DNA from: Euprymna scolopes
Taxonomy: Eukaryota
DNA: 64,000 nucleotides
Reading direction: 5' to 3' (one strand)
Assembly (NCBI GenBank): GCA_053919585.1
Contig: CM132790.1
Shown: positions 26,924 through 40,000 of the stretch, piece by piece
How positions within the stretch are numbered: position 1 is the first letter of the stretch
Layout of the letters: each line of letters starts with the position of its first letter
The notes under the pieces: model-generated
Told to the model about the DNA's origin: nothing
The model's database searches: none
What the model saw: the letters and a program-made list of their open reading frames with translations, nothing else
Position numbers and translations under genes: made by a program

Positions 26924-27169
26924 CCATCCACCCATAACCCTTGAGCCCCTGGAGGGGCATAGAGCATCTACAACATTTTGTAGATGCTTTTGTAGAGACT
27001 GAGTTCTTTTTACAGGGTGAGGGTGCTGCCCCCACGCCCAAACTTCCCAAAAGGGACATGCTGCGTCTAGTCTTCCCAAATGGTCACCGCCCCGGTACTG
27101 GCCAGGCTCAATGTTGCTTAACTTCGGTGATCTGGCGAAAACCGGTGTGCCAACGTGATGGCGCCGTAC
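26924..27169 (-). mobile_element. 5S rRNA-derived SINE (SINE3) with RTE-like body and tail
   Basis: Reverse complement begins TACGGCGCCATCACGTTGGCACACCGGTTTTCGCCAGATCACCGAAGTTAAGCAACATTGAGCCTGGCCAGTAC...GGTGACC (5S-like). Tail encodes VDALCPSRG and ends in (TGGA)n. TSD agtctttccat (26913-26923) / agtttttccat (27170-27180). Confidence 0.85.
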
Positions 27170-27779
27170 AGTTTTTCCATAGCTAAGGAAAAATGTTTAA
27201 CAGTGGGGAAATTTTACATTTTATCCAGGTCGTCATTTACTTGCTTGATTCTATCCTTTTTAAAGTATTTATTCTATTTCTATTTTTGCATTTTGTTAGA
27301 TTGTGTCCATATTTTATACAATCGATTTTTATATTGTTATCGCTTGCACTTTTTTTATCGAAACAGGTTGTTTAACAGATTCTGGGATCATTTTAGCAGT
27401 GTTCATGATTTTCCAAGTTGTCAATAAAGGTAGCACCTGTTTAATGGTTAAATCGATGAATAAGCTTTGATTAAGGACGAATTACGAGATTCAATGTGTG
27501 TCAATGCTTCGACATAATATTTTGTAACTGGAATGTAACGTTCGTTGTAAATGCACTTTACCTTTACGTCAAAACGAAAGAATACTTGTATATTTAGGAG
27601 AAAGGCATCTCTAACGTCTTGAGAAAACGTATTAGGAGAAAGAAGGTCATCGATTTCGCTTTTAATCTTACTATTTGGATGATTCAAAGTATGAAGTTTA
27701 CAGTTCTGAAAAAAATAATTATTAGGTAAATGTTATTAGCAAAACAAAAAAAAAAAATAACCAGCTTGTTATATTACTG

Positions 27780-28560
27780 GAGCCACTGCTGTGTTTACAC
27801 ACAAAATCCTGATATTGTGGAATATAAGCCGCCGAGACGGCCATTGGAAACGTTCGTAAATAAAAAATAATCACGCTGTGGTATGCTGTCTATTAATTTC
27901 TGAACTTGGCCGTAAAGCTCTTCAACATCTTCACCAGAAGAGCTAGTAGTAGGAACATAACCTTGGATGAAATTAATCATTATCCTGTCCATTAAGAGAA
28001 GATATTGTCAGTCTATCAGAAGCTAATAATTTTCTATTTCATGCGTGTTATCTCAGCAATAATAACAACATGATCTTCTTTGAGGTCGGACAATGATTGG
28101 AGGTTGTTGGTGCCATAAGATGTTGTTGGTTTGGACTTTCCACCCTGTCGAATTCTTTACACATGATCGTAGTGAGTTAACTATTAAATACTGGCCGTCT
28201 GTGACCAAAGAAACGATCACATTTAGAATCCTGCTGCATAGTGACAAATCACATTTGGTTGCGGTCGACACTGTTAATAGCCCTCTCGGGATTCAAGAGG
28301 AAAATATAAAAATAACACACAAAACTTCTTGGGGGATCCGAAAGATTGAAAGCCGCGGTTGGAAGAAACTAAACACCGTTGCGAACTTTGGTCACAGTTA
28401 AGTGACCTCTGCATGAATTGATCCGGCCCCATTGGACCAAGTTGAAGCGCGCAAGAGTCCGCCACTGGAGAGTGTGTTAAGTTGAAGATTGGGTGCGTCA
28501 AATCTTTTTTCTTTGTATTGAGTGCTTTCCCGTCGCCGTAAGCGACTTTTGAGTCGATTT
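27780..28560 (-). mobile_element. RTE-clade LINE 5' fragment (endonuclease)
   Basis: INFIQGYVPTTSSSGEDVEELYGQVQKLIDSIPQRD matches the RTE EN pattern I.IIQVYAPT....EE..EEFY..LQ..ID..P..D. Confidence 0.75.
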
Positions 28561-28950
28561 GTGTGTTTTTAGGTGGGTAAATAAATAACGGGTGATTACG
28601 CATTTAACTAGACGTCTATGTTAAAAAGTAATGTTGTGGTATTTGAAAAAATAACATGAATCATAATTTTACGAGGAAAAAGGTTTTGTTTTTATTCTGC
28701 GTAGGTTACAATTATTCCTGCTTTAAACTGGCGAATATTTTTTAATGTACCGCGGCCATAAGTGATTGTGTAATTTTGGAAAAAAATACTTTATTCGTAT
28801 TTTTAGAAAATAGGGAGTGAGTTTTGCTGGTTGGGTTTTGATGTTTATGAATTGTTTTACTATCTTTAAATTCGTCGCATGAGGTTAGTTTGCGCAAGTA
28901 GAATGTTAAAATGTTTCTCTCCAAAGTGAATTTTGGTTTTTCTTTTATGC

Positions 28951-28994
28951 GTGTTGCTATGGTGTTGCTATGGTGTTGCTATGGTGTTGCTATG
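28951..28994. repeat. Perfect tandem repeat (GTGTTGCTATG)x4
   Basis: Direct read. Probably the 3' tail of the adjacent LINE-like fragment. Confidence 0.95.
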
Positions 28995-29370
28995 GCATGA
29001 GGACCAAAGATAGCAAGGACAAATAAGTTAATTCTCGATGTTAAGACGTGGATAATTATTTGCGGCGGGCAATGACGGGAAGTACTGGTGAACTACGAGG
29101 GTGGAGTAGCTTGGATTACCGGATCAACTGGATTAATCGAATCCAGGATATAATAGCCAAGAGGTGAAAGGGGGGTTTCTTAATGAATGAGTGAAGTAGT
29201 CTAAGAATTTCAAGTTTACTGACACAACTAGGGATTATGAAGTAGACCACTTACAATTAGAAAGACTCGGAGAACCGAGATCGCATCAACCTAAGGAATA
29301 TAGTGTTGACTTGGGGGGGCAGATCTCAACAAGAAGGAAAAGCGAGTAAAACTGCAAACCCCTGCCTGTG
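28995..29370 (-). mobile_element. Possible LINE (RTE-like) 3' fragment
   Basis: GC-richer island ending in a tandem-repeat tail. Weak similarity (FTSWLLYPGFD) to the RTE C-terminal LRW.GH..RM region. Confidence 0.35.
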
Positions 29371-29855
29371 TGAGCATTGTAGTTGTGGATAATTGTGATT
29401 TTGAATGAGAGAATAAGTTGAAAACATTTAAAATAGTAAATGTTGAGATTAAAATCATAGAGCAGGTAGATAGTATTTAATATTGGACGTGTTGACCGTA
29501 ATTTGGAAAGTGAGCGGGACATATTTAAATGGAAAATGTGAGTTTTTTAATTGAGAATAATTTAGAATTATAAAAAATAGAAAATATAATTTGTGAATTC
29601 ATAGTACAGCTTAAATATTTAAAATTGAAAATGTTATTGTAAATTGAGCAGTAATTTAGAAAGTATTGAAAATAAAAGATGCAGATTTTAATTTTGAATA
29701 ATTCTGGAATTGTTTATAATAAAAAGTGTCCATTGAGAATTTATAAAGATATTTTGAAATTATTATAAATTAGAAGTGGTGATTATGCTATAGAGAGTAA
29801 TTTGGATATATATGTAAAATGGAATGTGTTATTTTAACTTGAGAATTACTTAGAT

Positions 29856-30362
29856 CTAGCTGGGGTTACCCGGCGTTGCCCGGGTGGTTTTGGGTGTGTG
29901 TGAAAAAAAAGAGGTGGGTTTGAAAAAAAAAAGGAAGCTTTTCCGAAGCGCAGTTGGAAAATAGTCTGAAAAAACAAACAAACAGGTGCTCGTTTTTGAT
30001 TGACGTGATGGCGATTTTGTGAGGGGCAGTTTTAATGAGGTCAATTGAAAAACCCGCTCGCCCATCTGATATGACGAAGTCGGCCTGCGATTAGAGTAGA
30101 GTTTCGCTTTTGTTTATACCGAAAAACGAATGTAACACGTGCCGATGCGGGAAATGTTGAATAATTAAGGGTTGAAAGTGAATAAAATTAAATAGACAGG
30201 CGAGGTCCGTGGGTAACTCTGAGATATTACAATTTATGGATGATATAAACAAGTTTAAGAAGTTGCGAAGCGAGCGAGCGCTTTTCCGAAAGAAGCCTTT
30301 TGCAGACATCGCGGAAAAGCACACACACACACACACACACATTTTGCCTTTTATATAATAGA
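29856..30362 (-). mobile_element. Non-autonomous Helitron-like element 1 of tandem pair
   Basis: 5' TCTATTATATAAAA plus (TG)n; 3' hairpin ACCCGGGCAACGCCGGGT then CTAG. Confidence 0.8.
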
Positions 30363-30697
30363 CTAGCAGGGCTACCCGGCGTTGCTCGGGACCGTATAAA
30401 CAATGAAAATACAAAAGCAGATATTGAACATATGTTTTATTCTTAGGGGAGAGGAATCTTTCATCTCAAGTTTTAGCGTTAATGACAGGTTTTTTTGGGG
30501 CCCCCCTCGAAGATAACTGATCAGTTGACCAACTTCTAGTGGTCCGTTTGACGTGAAATTTCGATATTTGTCATCCGGGTGATGGGGCTTCGATATGATA
30601 CCAAATTTGTCAAGTTTGGTTCCGTCTTTAAAAAGTTTTAGCGTTACAAACAAACATACATACATACACACAGACGTTTGGCTTTTATATATATAGA
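30363..30697 (-). mobile_element. Non-autonomous Helitron-like element 2 of tandem pair
   Basis: A|TCTATATATATAAAA plus (TGTA)n microsatellite. 3' hairpin CCCGAGCAACGCCGGG then CTAG, joined directly to the TC of element 1. Confidence 0.8.
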
Positions 30698-31837
30698 TAA
30701 TTAAATAGATGATGGTGATTTTAAATTTATAGAAAAATTTCAGAGTATTCAAAATAAGACGTGTCCATTGTAAATCGATGGAAATTTGTCAATATTTAAA
30801 ATCGAAAATTTTGATTGTAAATTTAGAGTACAATTTGATAGTATTTTCAATTAGAAATAATTTTCATGGACAGTGTTGAGTGTAAATTGAAGTGTGATTT
30901 TGGAATATTTAAAAGTGTAAATGTGAGAATAATTTGGAAATATTTAAAATAAAAAAATGTTTATTGAAGATTAATAGCACAATTTGAAAGTATTAAATAT
31001 TAAATATATTGATTGTAAATTGGAGAGTAATTTGAAATAATATAAAATAGAAAAATGTTGATGGGAAATGTATAGAACATATTGAAAGCATGTAAATTTT
31101 GAAGTGTTGCCGGCCAGTATATAAAACAGAACAATGTGATTTTACATTGGAATAATTAAAAACTATTGTTTAAAAATGGTGATTGTAAATTTATACAAAC
31201 AAATTTAAGTAGTTTAAATTAGAAAAGTTAAGTGTAAATTGGAGAGTCATTTAGAAATATTAAAACTAAAAGAAGAATTCGAAAATATTTAAAATTGAGT
31301 GTGTAAATTTTAAATTAAGGAGATATTTTGAAAGATTTCAAATGAAAAAATGTGATTTCAAATTGGGAATAATTTGGAAATATTGAAAATAGAAAATGTT
31401 GATTGTATATTAAGAGAGGATTTGAAAGAATTTAAATTGGGAGTGTTGATTGTAAGTTATAGATTGATTTAGAAATATTTAAAATAGAAAATGTCGGTTG
31501 TAAATTTCCCCCTTAATAATTGGTGAGTATGTTACATTGCGAGTAATGATTGCGAAATGGAGAGTAATTTAAAAATATTTAAGGTGGAAAATGTCAGTTT
31601 AGATTAAGAAGATTTCGAGAATATTAAACATAAGTTAATGTAAATTTAAACCCATTTAAAAAGAGACCTTTAGAAATATTGAAAATAAAAAATGTGATTT
31701 TAAATTTGTAATAATTTGGAACTGAAATACATATGAAAATATAAATTATTAAAAAATGAAAAGTATTTATAATTAAACGTGCTGATTGTAAATTTGAGAT
31801 TTTTTTTTTTAAATATCAACAATAGTAAATGTGATGA

Positions 31838-33150
31838 AAAACTGCTTCTTTAGTACCAGTTTTCAAGAATTCTGGCGAAAGAACTGACCGATCAAATTCT
31901 CGCTCCATTAGCCTCCTCCCACTTTTCGCCAAAATATTTGAGACCTTTATTAACTATGCTCTAGTCCATCACCATTCACTGGACAAAGCGGGGAAGGACA
32001 GAACGGTGGCCATAGATATATCAAAGACTTTTGACAGGATATGGTCTGAGGGTCTTCTCAGGAAAATTAGATCATACGGTGTCACTGGTAGATACATAAC
32101 ATAATTAAACCCTTCTTAGGTAAGAGAAAAAAGCCAGGTTGTCCTCGACGGTCGTACATCTAAACAATCTTACATAAATGCGGGAGTGCCTCGGAGGTCT
32201 ATCCTTAGACCTCTATTTTTCCTAATATTCATAAATAACCTCCCCGACAAAATTGCCTCTGAGATGGGTATATATGCTGATGACACCACCATCTATAACA
32301 GGTACGACAGGAACACTAATAAACACATATTAAATGAAATAGCAAAAACACTAGAGGATGACCTCCAATCTGTACTGGAATGGGGACAAAAATGGGTGGT
32401 CACATTCAATGCTGCCTAGATTAAACGGGTGTCCTTCAATAATTACAAGAAACCTTCTCTGCCACCAATAGCAATGGCCAACGACTCTTTATCTGAGAGT
32501 AAATCTTTCAAACTGCTTGGCCTTACGTTCACGGGAAACATGAGTTAGAACAATTACATTGAAAGCATTGCCAGGGCCGCTGCAAGAAAGGTGGGATCTC
32601 TCTACCGTGCTAGAAAACTACTAACACCTGAAAGTATACTGTACATATATAAGGCCACCATTAACACATGTATGGAGTATTGCTGCCACATTTGAGCAAG
32701 TGCATGTGCTACTAGTCTTTCGCTACTATCTGATAGGCCCAAAACTGGCATCTAAGCTTCAGCCTCTCCCCCATCGACGAAATGTTACATCCCTCTGCCT
32801 GTTCTACATGTATTTTACTGGTGAATGCTCTGGCGAACTGCAGAGACTTGTTCCCCACCATGTAGGCACCCTCGTCAAACCTGACAGCCAATTAAATCCC
32901 ACCCCACACGGTACAGATCCCTAGATATAAAAGATCTTTCTACTCCAGTAGTTTATTCCCCAGAACCGCTAGACTTAATAATTCCATTCCAGGTCCCTGC
33001 TTCCCTAACTGTACTGACATGGAGAAGTTCAAGTGTAACGTGGACCGACATCTTACTGTCTAAATCCCTACATAGTAATCCAGTAGTTGTTGCCCCTGAT
33101 ATAGCCCCCTACACCAAAGTGGCAATGTGTCTTGTTTGGGGTGAAAATGT
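31838..33150 (+). mobile_element. 5'-truncated CR1/L2-group LINE (RT and C-terminus)
   Basis: VAIDISKTFDRIW; GIYADDTTIY; SVLEWGQKWVVTFNAA; MEYCCHI; LQPLPHRRNVTSLCLFY. Confidence 0.9.
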
Positions 33151-34390
33151 GATTAAACAATTATATTAGTACTTGTAAATTGTAAATGATTAATAGAATT
33201 TGAAAATAATTAAAATTAGTGTAGTGTAAATATTACAATGAGTTGAAAAATGTTAAATATGATTAAATTGTGAATTATATGTAAACATTTATATAGGAAA
33301 TATTGATTGCAAATTGATATGAAAAACAAGTAAAGTAAATAGTTAGTTTTGATTCCAAATCAAGAGTAATTTGAAATTATTTAAAAATGCAAAATTAAAT
33401 TTTTAACTGAGAATAATTCTGAAATATTAAATATAGAAAATGTTGTTTTTAACATTATAGAACGATGTTAAGATATTAAACATTGAAAGTGTCGATTGTG
33501 AAGTGGACAATTATTTGGGAATATTTGGCACGGCATATATTTATTGTAACTTCATAAAACAATGTGAATGCATTTAACATAGAAAGGTTTAATTGTAAAT
33601 TAGAGCTTGTTACAGAAATATTTAAAATAAAGATAACAATAATTGTACCGTTATAGAACATTTTGACAGTATTTAATATTGAAAATGTACATTGTACATT
33701 AAAGCGAAATATAGAAATATTAATAATCGAAAATTTGATTTTAAATTCCGAATAATTTGGAAATAGTCATATCGAAAATGTGCATGGTTAATTTATAGAA
33801 CAATTTGAAAGTATTAAAAATGAAAGTAAATAAATAGGAGAATAATTTTGTAATATTTAATATTAAAGAGCTGGTATGGATTTAGAATAATTGGAAAATA
33901 TTCACAAAAATTATGATTAAAANNNNNNNNNNNNNNNNNNNNNNNNNNNNNNNNNNNNNNNNNNNNNNNNNNNNNNNNNNNNNNNNNNNNNNNNNNNNNN
34001 NNNNNNNNNNNNNNNNNNNNNNNNNNNNNNNNNNNNNNNNNNNNNNNNNNNNNNNNTTAATAGGTGCGTAATTTAGAAGTAGTTTAAATGGAAAAAGTGT
34101 TTATGAATTAAAAATCATTTAGAATTATTTAAAATGGAAAATATTTATTGTAAACTCATATAAACCACTTGAAATGTTTAGAAATAAAACTGTTAATTTT
34201 GAATATTAGAGTTATTTCTAAATAATTTAATTAAAAAAATGTGATTTGCAATTAAGAAAAATGTGGAAAATTCATAAATAGAAAAATGATGATTGTAGAT
34301 TTATGGACACTTTGCTTGTATTTTCGGCTGGGAGTTTTGTAATGAAAATGTGGCACTCAGTTTTAAAACATTTAAATAGAAATTGTAAAC

Positions 34391-35035
34391 AGTTACAAAT
34401 ATCGATTGGAATTCTTTATTTCATTGGACTGGACAACTGATTATGATGTCAGAAATTCATATTTGTTCAATATAGTTTAATCTTTCAACCCTTCACTTTC
34501 AAAGAGACAACTGACCACTCTGCCGACTAACTGACTCTCCTGTTCTCTGCTAACTAGCAGCCTCAACTGTTCTGCTTATACTGTGTGATCTGACTAACTG
34601 TAGGCCCTATATTGAGAATCCCTTTTTTGCTATGACGTCAGAAGTGCGGTTTCAAAACGTGACAAGCTCAGGTGGCCATCCTTACGTTTTCCAAACACAC
34701 TTTTGACAACAAAGAATTATCAACTAACCTATGTTTAACCTAACTTTTTATTAACAATACATATTTAATTTGTATTTTTCACTCTTTTTACCTGATTTTT
34801 TTCTAATTCCGTTTTCATAAAAGAACGAACACTCAATTTTTTTTTTACAATATTAACAATATCTAACTATATTATAATAGAACTTGCTAATAGCTTTTTT
34901 TAACATTTCGATTTCTAACATTCTATTTCTAAAAGTTGCTTACATGGTTCGAGTCTCGGCTTATCCTTATCTCCTTTTCACTTATCTAAGGTTCTTCTCA
35001 CTTACATGGAAAGGGGATAGTTTTTCCTTGTAACA
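34391..35035 (-). mobile_element. Possible solo LTR
   Basis: Near-inverted termini (a)GTTACAA...TTGTAACA and AATAAA on the minus strand. No convincing TSD. Confidence 0.3.
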
Positions 35036-35040
35036 CACAC

Positions 35041-35090
<50 letters not shown>

Positions 35091-35119
35091 TTTATTTATT
35101 GTAAAGGGACGAATCAGTT

Positions 35120-37000
35120 GATCATTTCTGCAAGCAGTCGTATATAGAGGATTAGAGATTATTCACTGATTCCTGACAGAATAAATACATTTCCTTGTAT
35201 GGATTTGTTAACATATCCTATTTACTGTAATTACACCCTCAGCAAGATATGGTGTAACATGGATGTGCTGGCTAATAACTGAGACACGAACTACGAAATG
35301 CCTTGAAAAGACTTAAAAATTGTAATATATTTACCAGGTAAATTTTAGCTTTTTCTGGGATGACTGTCTTTTTGGGGTGTATGTTCTGAATAACAACGCG
35401 TAAGCCTTTCAAAAATTTGTAAGGATCCACTAATCAGACACAAATTTTACGCTGCTATTCATATAATGTTTTTATTGTTACTATCCTTAAACATTTCATA
35501 GTAATGGTCATATCTGCAAAACATACCTCAAATATTGAGATGTAGAATTTATTTTTCTGCATAGTCTTAATCATTTCCTGAGCATTGTCCCTTTTAACTA
35601 TGATTAATTGTGCATTGGGATGCGGGCCACCGTTTGCGAGTGAGCTAGTTGTCGCCATTTTTAAATCAACGAACTATTACGTAACTGTGGTAACATCAAT
35701 TATATAAGCTTAGTACAACAGGCGCTGACGAATGATCTGTTATTTATTTCGCCATCAAGTAAATGTAATGTCTCAGTTTTGTTTTTGAGGCACTTTGCTA
35801 GCAGTCATATTCTCTTAGTGGATCACAAACAGTCAATATCTGCAAAAGAGAAATGAAATACTCAAGTAAGACATCCATGAATTCAGTTATCAAAACAATT
35901 CAAAATGTATTGTTGTCTCATCTATTCAATGTAGATTTTACCGTAGAAGTAACTGGTATTGGAACGCCTCTCGTAAACTTGAAAAAAAAACACACACACA
36001 ACATATGCGATAGTTGAAAAGTCGGCTTAGATTATTAAAGGAAAACAAATGAATACATTAGATAAAAACAACAGAATATTGCTAACTTTACGTTATTATT
36101 TTTATTGTCGGTGCCTAATCCTCTGTTCATATTAACATGTGTTACAAGCCAGCTTCAGTTCATTGTTTATTTTTACATTTTTTACGCCCTACTCATTTTC
36201 TGGTGTCTCTTCAAAACCTACTTGCCTTTAAACTTTTCTTGTTCAGAATATGTTGGCTTCTCTTGCTGTATTTAAAGATGTTGTCTATTACTTTGTAGAA
36301 GCATTCAACATAATAATAAATAACAACGCGTAAAATCTATCGATGTCTATTGTCCACTTGCCTAATTTTCAATTCTTTTAAGAATCTGATCGTAAAACAC
36401 TTGATTAATTGAAAGCAGATATTCGACTCCTCCAGAATCTTCTGGCATTCTACTTGAATGCATTCGGTAATGCTGACGGTGAAATAGTGTTGTTATTTGG
36501 GAAGCACTTCAGGCACAATCTGAATGTGATTAGTTCTATTAAATGACTGAACACCCTTATCGATATTTTTCCCTTATTCTATAAAAATTCGTAAATATTC
36601 TATAAAATATTTTCATATACGATAAAATATGTGTATATTCTATAAACTATGCATATATTCTATAAAATATGTATATATCAGTTAAGTTTCGAACATTTAG
36701 TGTAGCTTGCTCTTATCTATTAGCAAACATAAAATGCAATATATATAAGGAGAAAGTAATTCTGCAAGCAGTCGTATATAGAAGTATAGACATTATTAAA
36801 TGACTAATTACAATAAACATGTTTCTGTTTATATTTTGTTTAAATATCCCAAAGGTGTATACATATTTACTGAGATTACCCCCTTAACAGGGATTGGTGA
36901 AACTTGCTCGTAAGTGACTACTATTAGAGACACAGTTTACAGAAAACATTACAAAAAGATAAGTATCGTGATGTATTTAGCAAGTACACTAAAGCTTTTG
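35120..37000 (+). pseudogene. Decayed multi-exon host-like gene, copy B (paralog of 24 kb segment)
   Basis: 36035-36742 aligns with 23995-24670 (NMLASLAVFKDVVYYFVEAFNIIINNN / SDRKTLD*LKADIRLLQNLLAFYLNAF). 35125-35400 is duplicated at 36760-37000. Confidence 0.45.
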
Positions 37001-38165
37001 ATGGGAGTCGGTCCTCTCGGGGATTTTTGAGTTATAATATATGGTTTTAAAATAAGTTAGAATTAGCATTGCGGATCCTTTTGTTTGCCAAACATTTGTG
37101 AACCAACCTGAAAGTAGTCACGTTGGAAACAAACTCCTGACGACATAAACAGGGGGATTTCTCAATATAGGTATGTGAGGGTTCGTAGTTAGAGTCAGTG
37201 AAGAGTTAATGAGGGTCCGATATTCAGAGCAGATCGCACACGGTGATAGTCAGTTTGAGTGGAGAGCCCTTTAGAAGCGAAGGGAGGAAAATAGATCATG
37301 TAAATCAAAGGTTGAATTCCTGACAGCACAGATCGTGTTTTTATCTTCATATTGTAACGAACTTTATACAAGCAGTGTACCTCGACAACATCATAAGTGA
37401 CGTATCCTCTTTCCTTCAATATGTGTATAAAGAATGTTGCATCACATCATGCAGTCTGTATTAATAATATGAAGTACCCAATAAGCATATGATATAAGTT
37501 TCTCACTCATTATCATCGTCATTCGTGTAATATATGTACCCCGTTATGTACCTAATATGCACGATATGCAACAATCATTGATTTTGGTATTTCATATACA
37601 TGTGTATATAAATACAATATAGAATTCTGTCATCCAATTTACACTAATAATCGAAATTTTTTCTAAATATATTTCTATACCGTATAGTGCCTCTCAACCA
37701 TACGTAAATTTGCAATAACATTAAAAAGGAAATATGAAAAATATCATTTATGGTGAAACTTAACTTATTGAATTTTAATGAAAAATGATATTTGGAATGG
37801 AAGGCGGTGTTTAGCCTAAACATTAAAACATATATAACTGTTCTAATGTATTAATGTCGGCTATTACAATTTACACATTTTTTACATTAATGTGAATTAA
37901 CTGAAACTGAATACTATTCAATATTTCTACCGGAATCTGTAGAGTATTACTTGGTTAAAATCTGATAAACCACTATAGTCTACATACCGGAAATACTGTA
38001 GAATACATTTGTTAAAAAATCAAATTCCATATCTGATACAGATTGCTTTTGAACATGTATAATAGCTGATATGATAGACAATAAATCTATGTCGCGGTTA
38101 GAAAATATTCAAATAATTACCATCGGAAAATAGATTTCTTTTTTTAACAATCAATGTATTTGATA

Positions 38166-39094
38166 CTAGCAGTTCAGTCCGGCTAAGCGCGGACCCTATG
38201 CACTGTTCATAACTTCATGTGTTGACAATACCTTTCTATGTAGTAGGGTTTCTTAACTACATAGAGAACAGTTGATAAGGCCGGCATACCTCATCATTTT
38301 TAAATTTTGACCTAAATTTTGACCCCTTAACACTTAGTGTTTTGACTCAAACCAAGTTAAAATGTTTGACCCATATCCAAGTAACCTAGATCTAAAATTT
38401 TAAGTGTGCAGGCCAACAATAGGCGGAGGAGTTTGGTAGAATTTGCAAAGGTCACCTATGTAAACTTGGTCCTTTTGGCAGCGAAACATTTGCCCAAAAA
38501 CTGAGTAAAATCTTGCGCATGTCCAAACCCCCTTTCTGTATAATTTCATAACTTCAGATACAAAATAGGGCTAAAAGTTTGCTAGAGACCGCAAATGTAA
38601 AATCTTTTGAATTTTACATGTTATCAGCAACATTTTCGGCCAAGAAAACAATTAAAAAGCTTGCTCTATGTCTGAAAACACTTTATGTAAAATTTCCAAT
38701 ATTTAGACAAAACATCGGCTGAGTAATTTTGAAGAGACCGGAGAGGTTAATTTATATTAAGTTTGACCCCAATTTTGACCCCTCAGTATGTATTGATTCT
38801 AATCAAACTGAACTATAAGTTTGTGCGACGTCTAAGTTACCTATATCTAAAATTTCAAGTGTGTAGGCCAAAAATTGGCGGAGGAGCTTGGTAGAGTTTT
38901 CAAATGTCAAATTGTGAAACTTTGACCAATTAACAGCCAAATTTCTTAAGGAACCCCGACCAAAAGCATTTTCCTAATCTCCATACCTCTTCTGCCAAAT
39001 ATCGAGTTTGTAGACCGAAAATTGACAAAGTTATTTTGTAGGTTAATGCACAGAGACAGACAGGCAAACATTTTCACTTTTATAGATGTATAGA
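38166..39094 (-). mobile_element. Non-autonomous Helitron-like element with internal direct repeats
   Basis: CTAG|T end with hairpin GTCCG...CGGAC; TCTATA 5' end near 39094. Internal repeat ~38306-38455 vs ~38762-38910, related copy at ~44400-44540. Confidence 0.7.
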
Positions 39095-39205
39095 TAGATA
39101 TATTTCATATGCAATATTTCATCAGCAACAAATGATTTAAAGCGCGTTTAAGATTTAAATTCTCAAGTAGAATGTTTTTTACAAATTTACTGATGCATAA
39201 ATATG

Positions 39206-39278
<73 letters not shown>

Positions 39279-40000
39279 CTAACATGGCTGTTCGGCGTTG
39301 CCCGGGTGTTTGTAGGTGTGTGTTGAGCAATAAAAAGTGTAGTAGGAATGCAGGCTTTGGCAAAAAGACGCCGGACAATTATGGCAAACATACGTGTAGT
39401 ATTTCTTTAAATTCATCCTAAATGTTTTTATGTTACATTGTTTAAACTAGTTTTTCTTATTTTATTAATGCATATATATTTATTTGTCTCTACTTTCCTG
39501 TCTTATTCGTCACCCCACCCTTCGCGACTAATGAAACAGACAACACGGTTTAGCCATGCTACAAAGTAAACTAGCGATAAAAAAACGAAATGACGGGAAT
39601 TATTTTCTCTATTAGAGTAGAAAAGGTTTAGGACTTTAAAAAAAGTTTCAACTTTTTTTTAAAATGTAAAGTTAATATTTACACATCTGAACGTAACGAC
39701 TTTTATTCTATAAATAGATAGGCAGACATGCACACGTTATCCGGAAATAGAACTCTTCTTACGCTCTAGAAAGGCACGACAACATACTAGTTGGCTAAAA
39801 GACGCCGGACCATTATGGGAAACAGACGTTAAGTATTTTATAAATCCATCCTAATTTTTTTTCATATGTCCTTGTTTAAATTTTTTTACTTGTTTTCGTT
39901 ATGTATATGTATTTATTTGTTTCTACTTTCCTGTCTTATTTGTCACCCCTATCGCGACCATTGAAAGAGACAAAACAATTTAGCCATGCTACAAATAAAA
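39279..40000 (-). mobile_element. Degraded Helitron-like element with ~200-bp internal duplication
   Basis: Hairpin cggcgttgcccg of the same family beside (TA)n. 39362-39570 is repeated at 39797-39995. Confidence 0.5.

Larger units (their letters stand above)
29380..34390. repeat. Old degenerate ~47-bp minisatellite array interrupted by Helitrons and a CR1
   Basis: Recurrent unit ~ATTTGGAAATATTTAAAATAGAAAATGTTGATTGTAAATTGGAGAGTA at 29380-29850, 30700-31835 and 33150-34390. Confidence 0.75.

Noticed and set aside
27060-27169. Genuine 5S rRNA gene
   Set aside because: Diverged box C and 3' end, continues into a retroelement-like tail, and is flanked by a TSD. It is a SINE head.
29380-34390. 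CRISPR-like repeat-spacer array
   Set aside because: Eukaryotic context; degenerate continuous units with no constant repeat and unique spacers; no cas genes.
20551-36480. Stop-codon reassignment (TAA/TAG read as sense), suggested by in-frame stops inside exon-like blocks
   Set aside because: Frameshifts also occur, and the stops fall at different positions in the two paralogs (AAA vs TAA). Ordinary pseudogenisation explains this.
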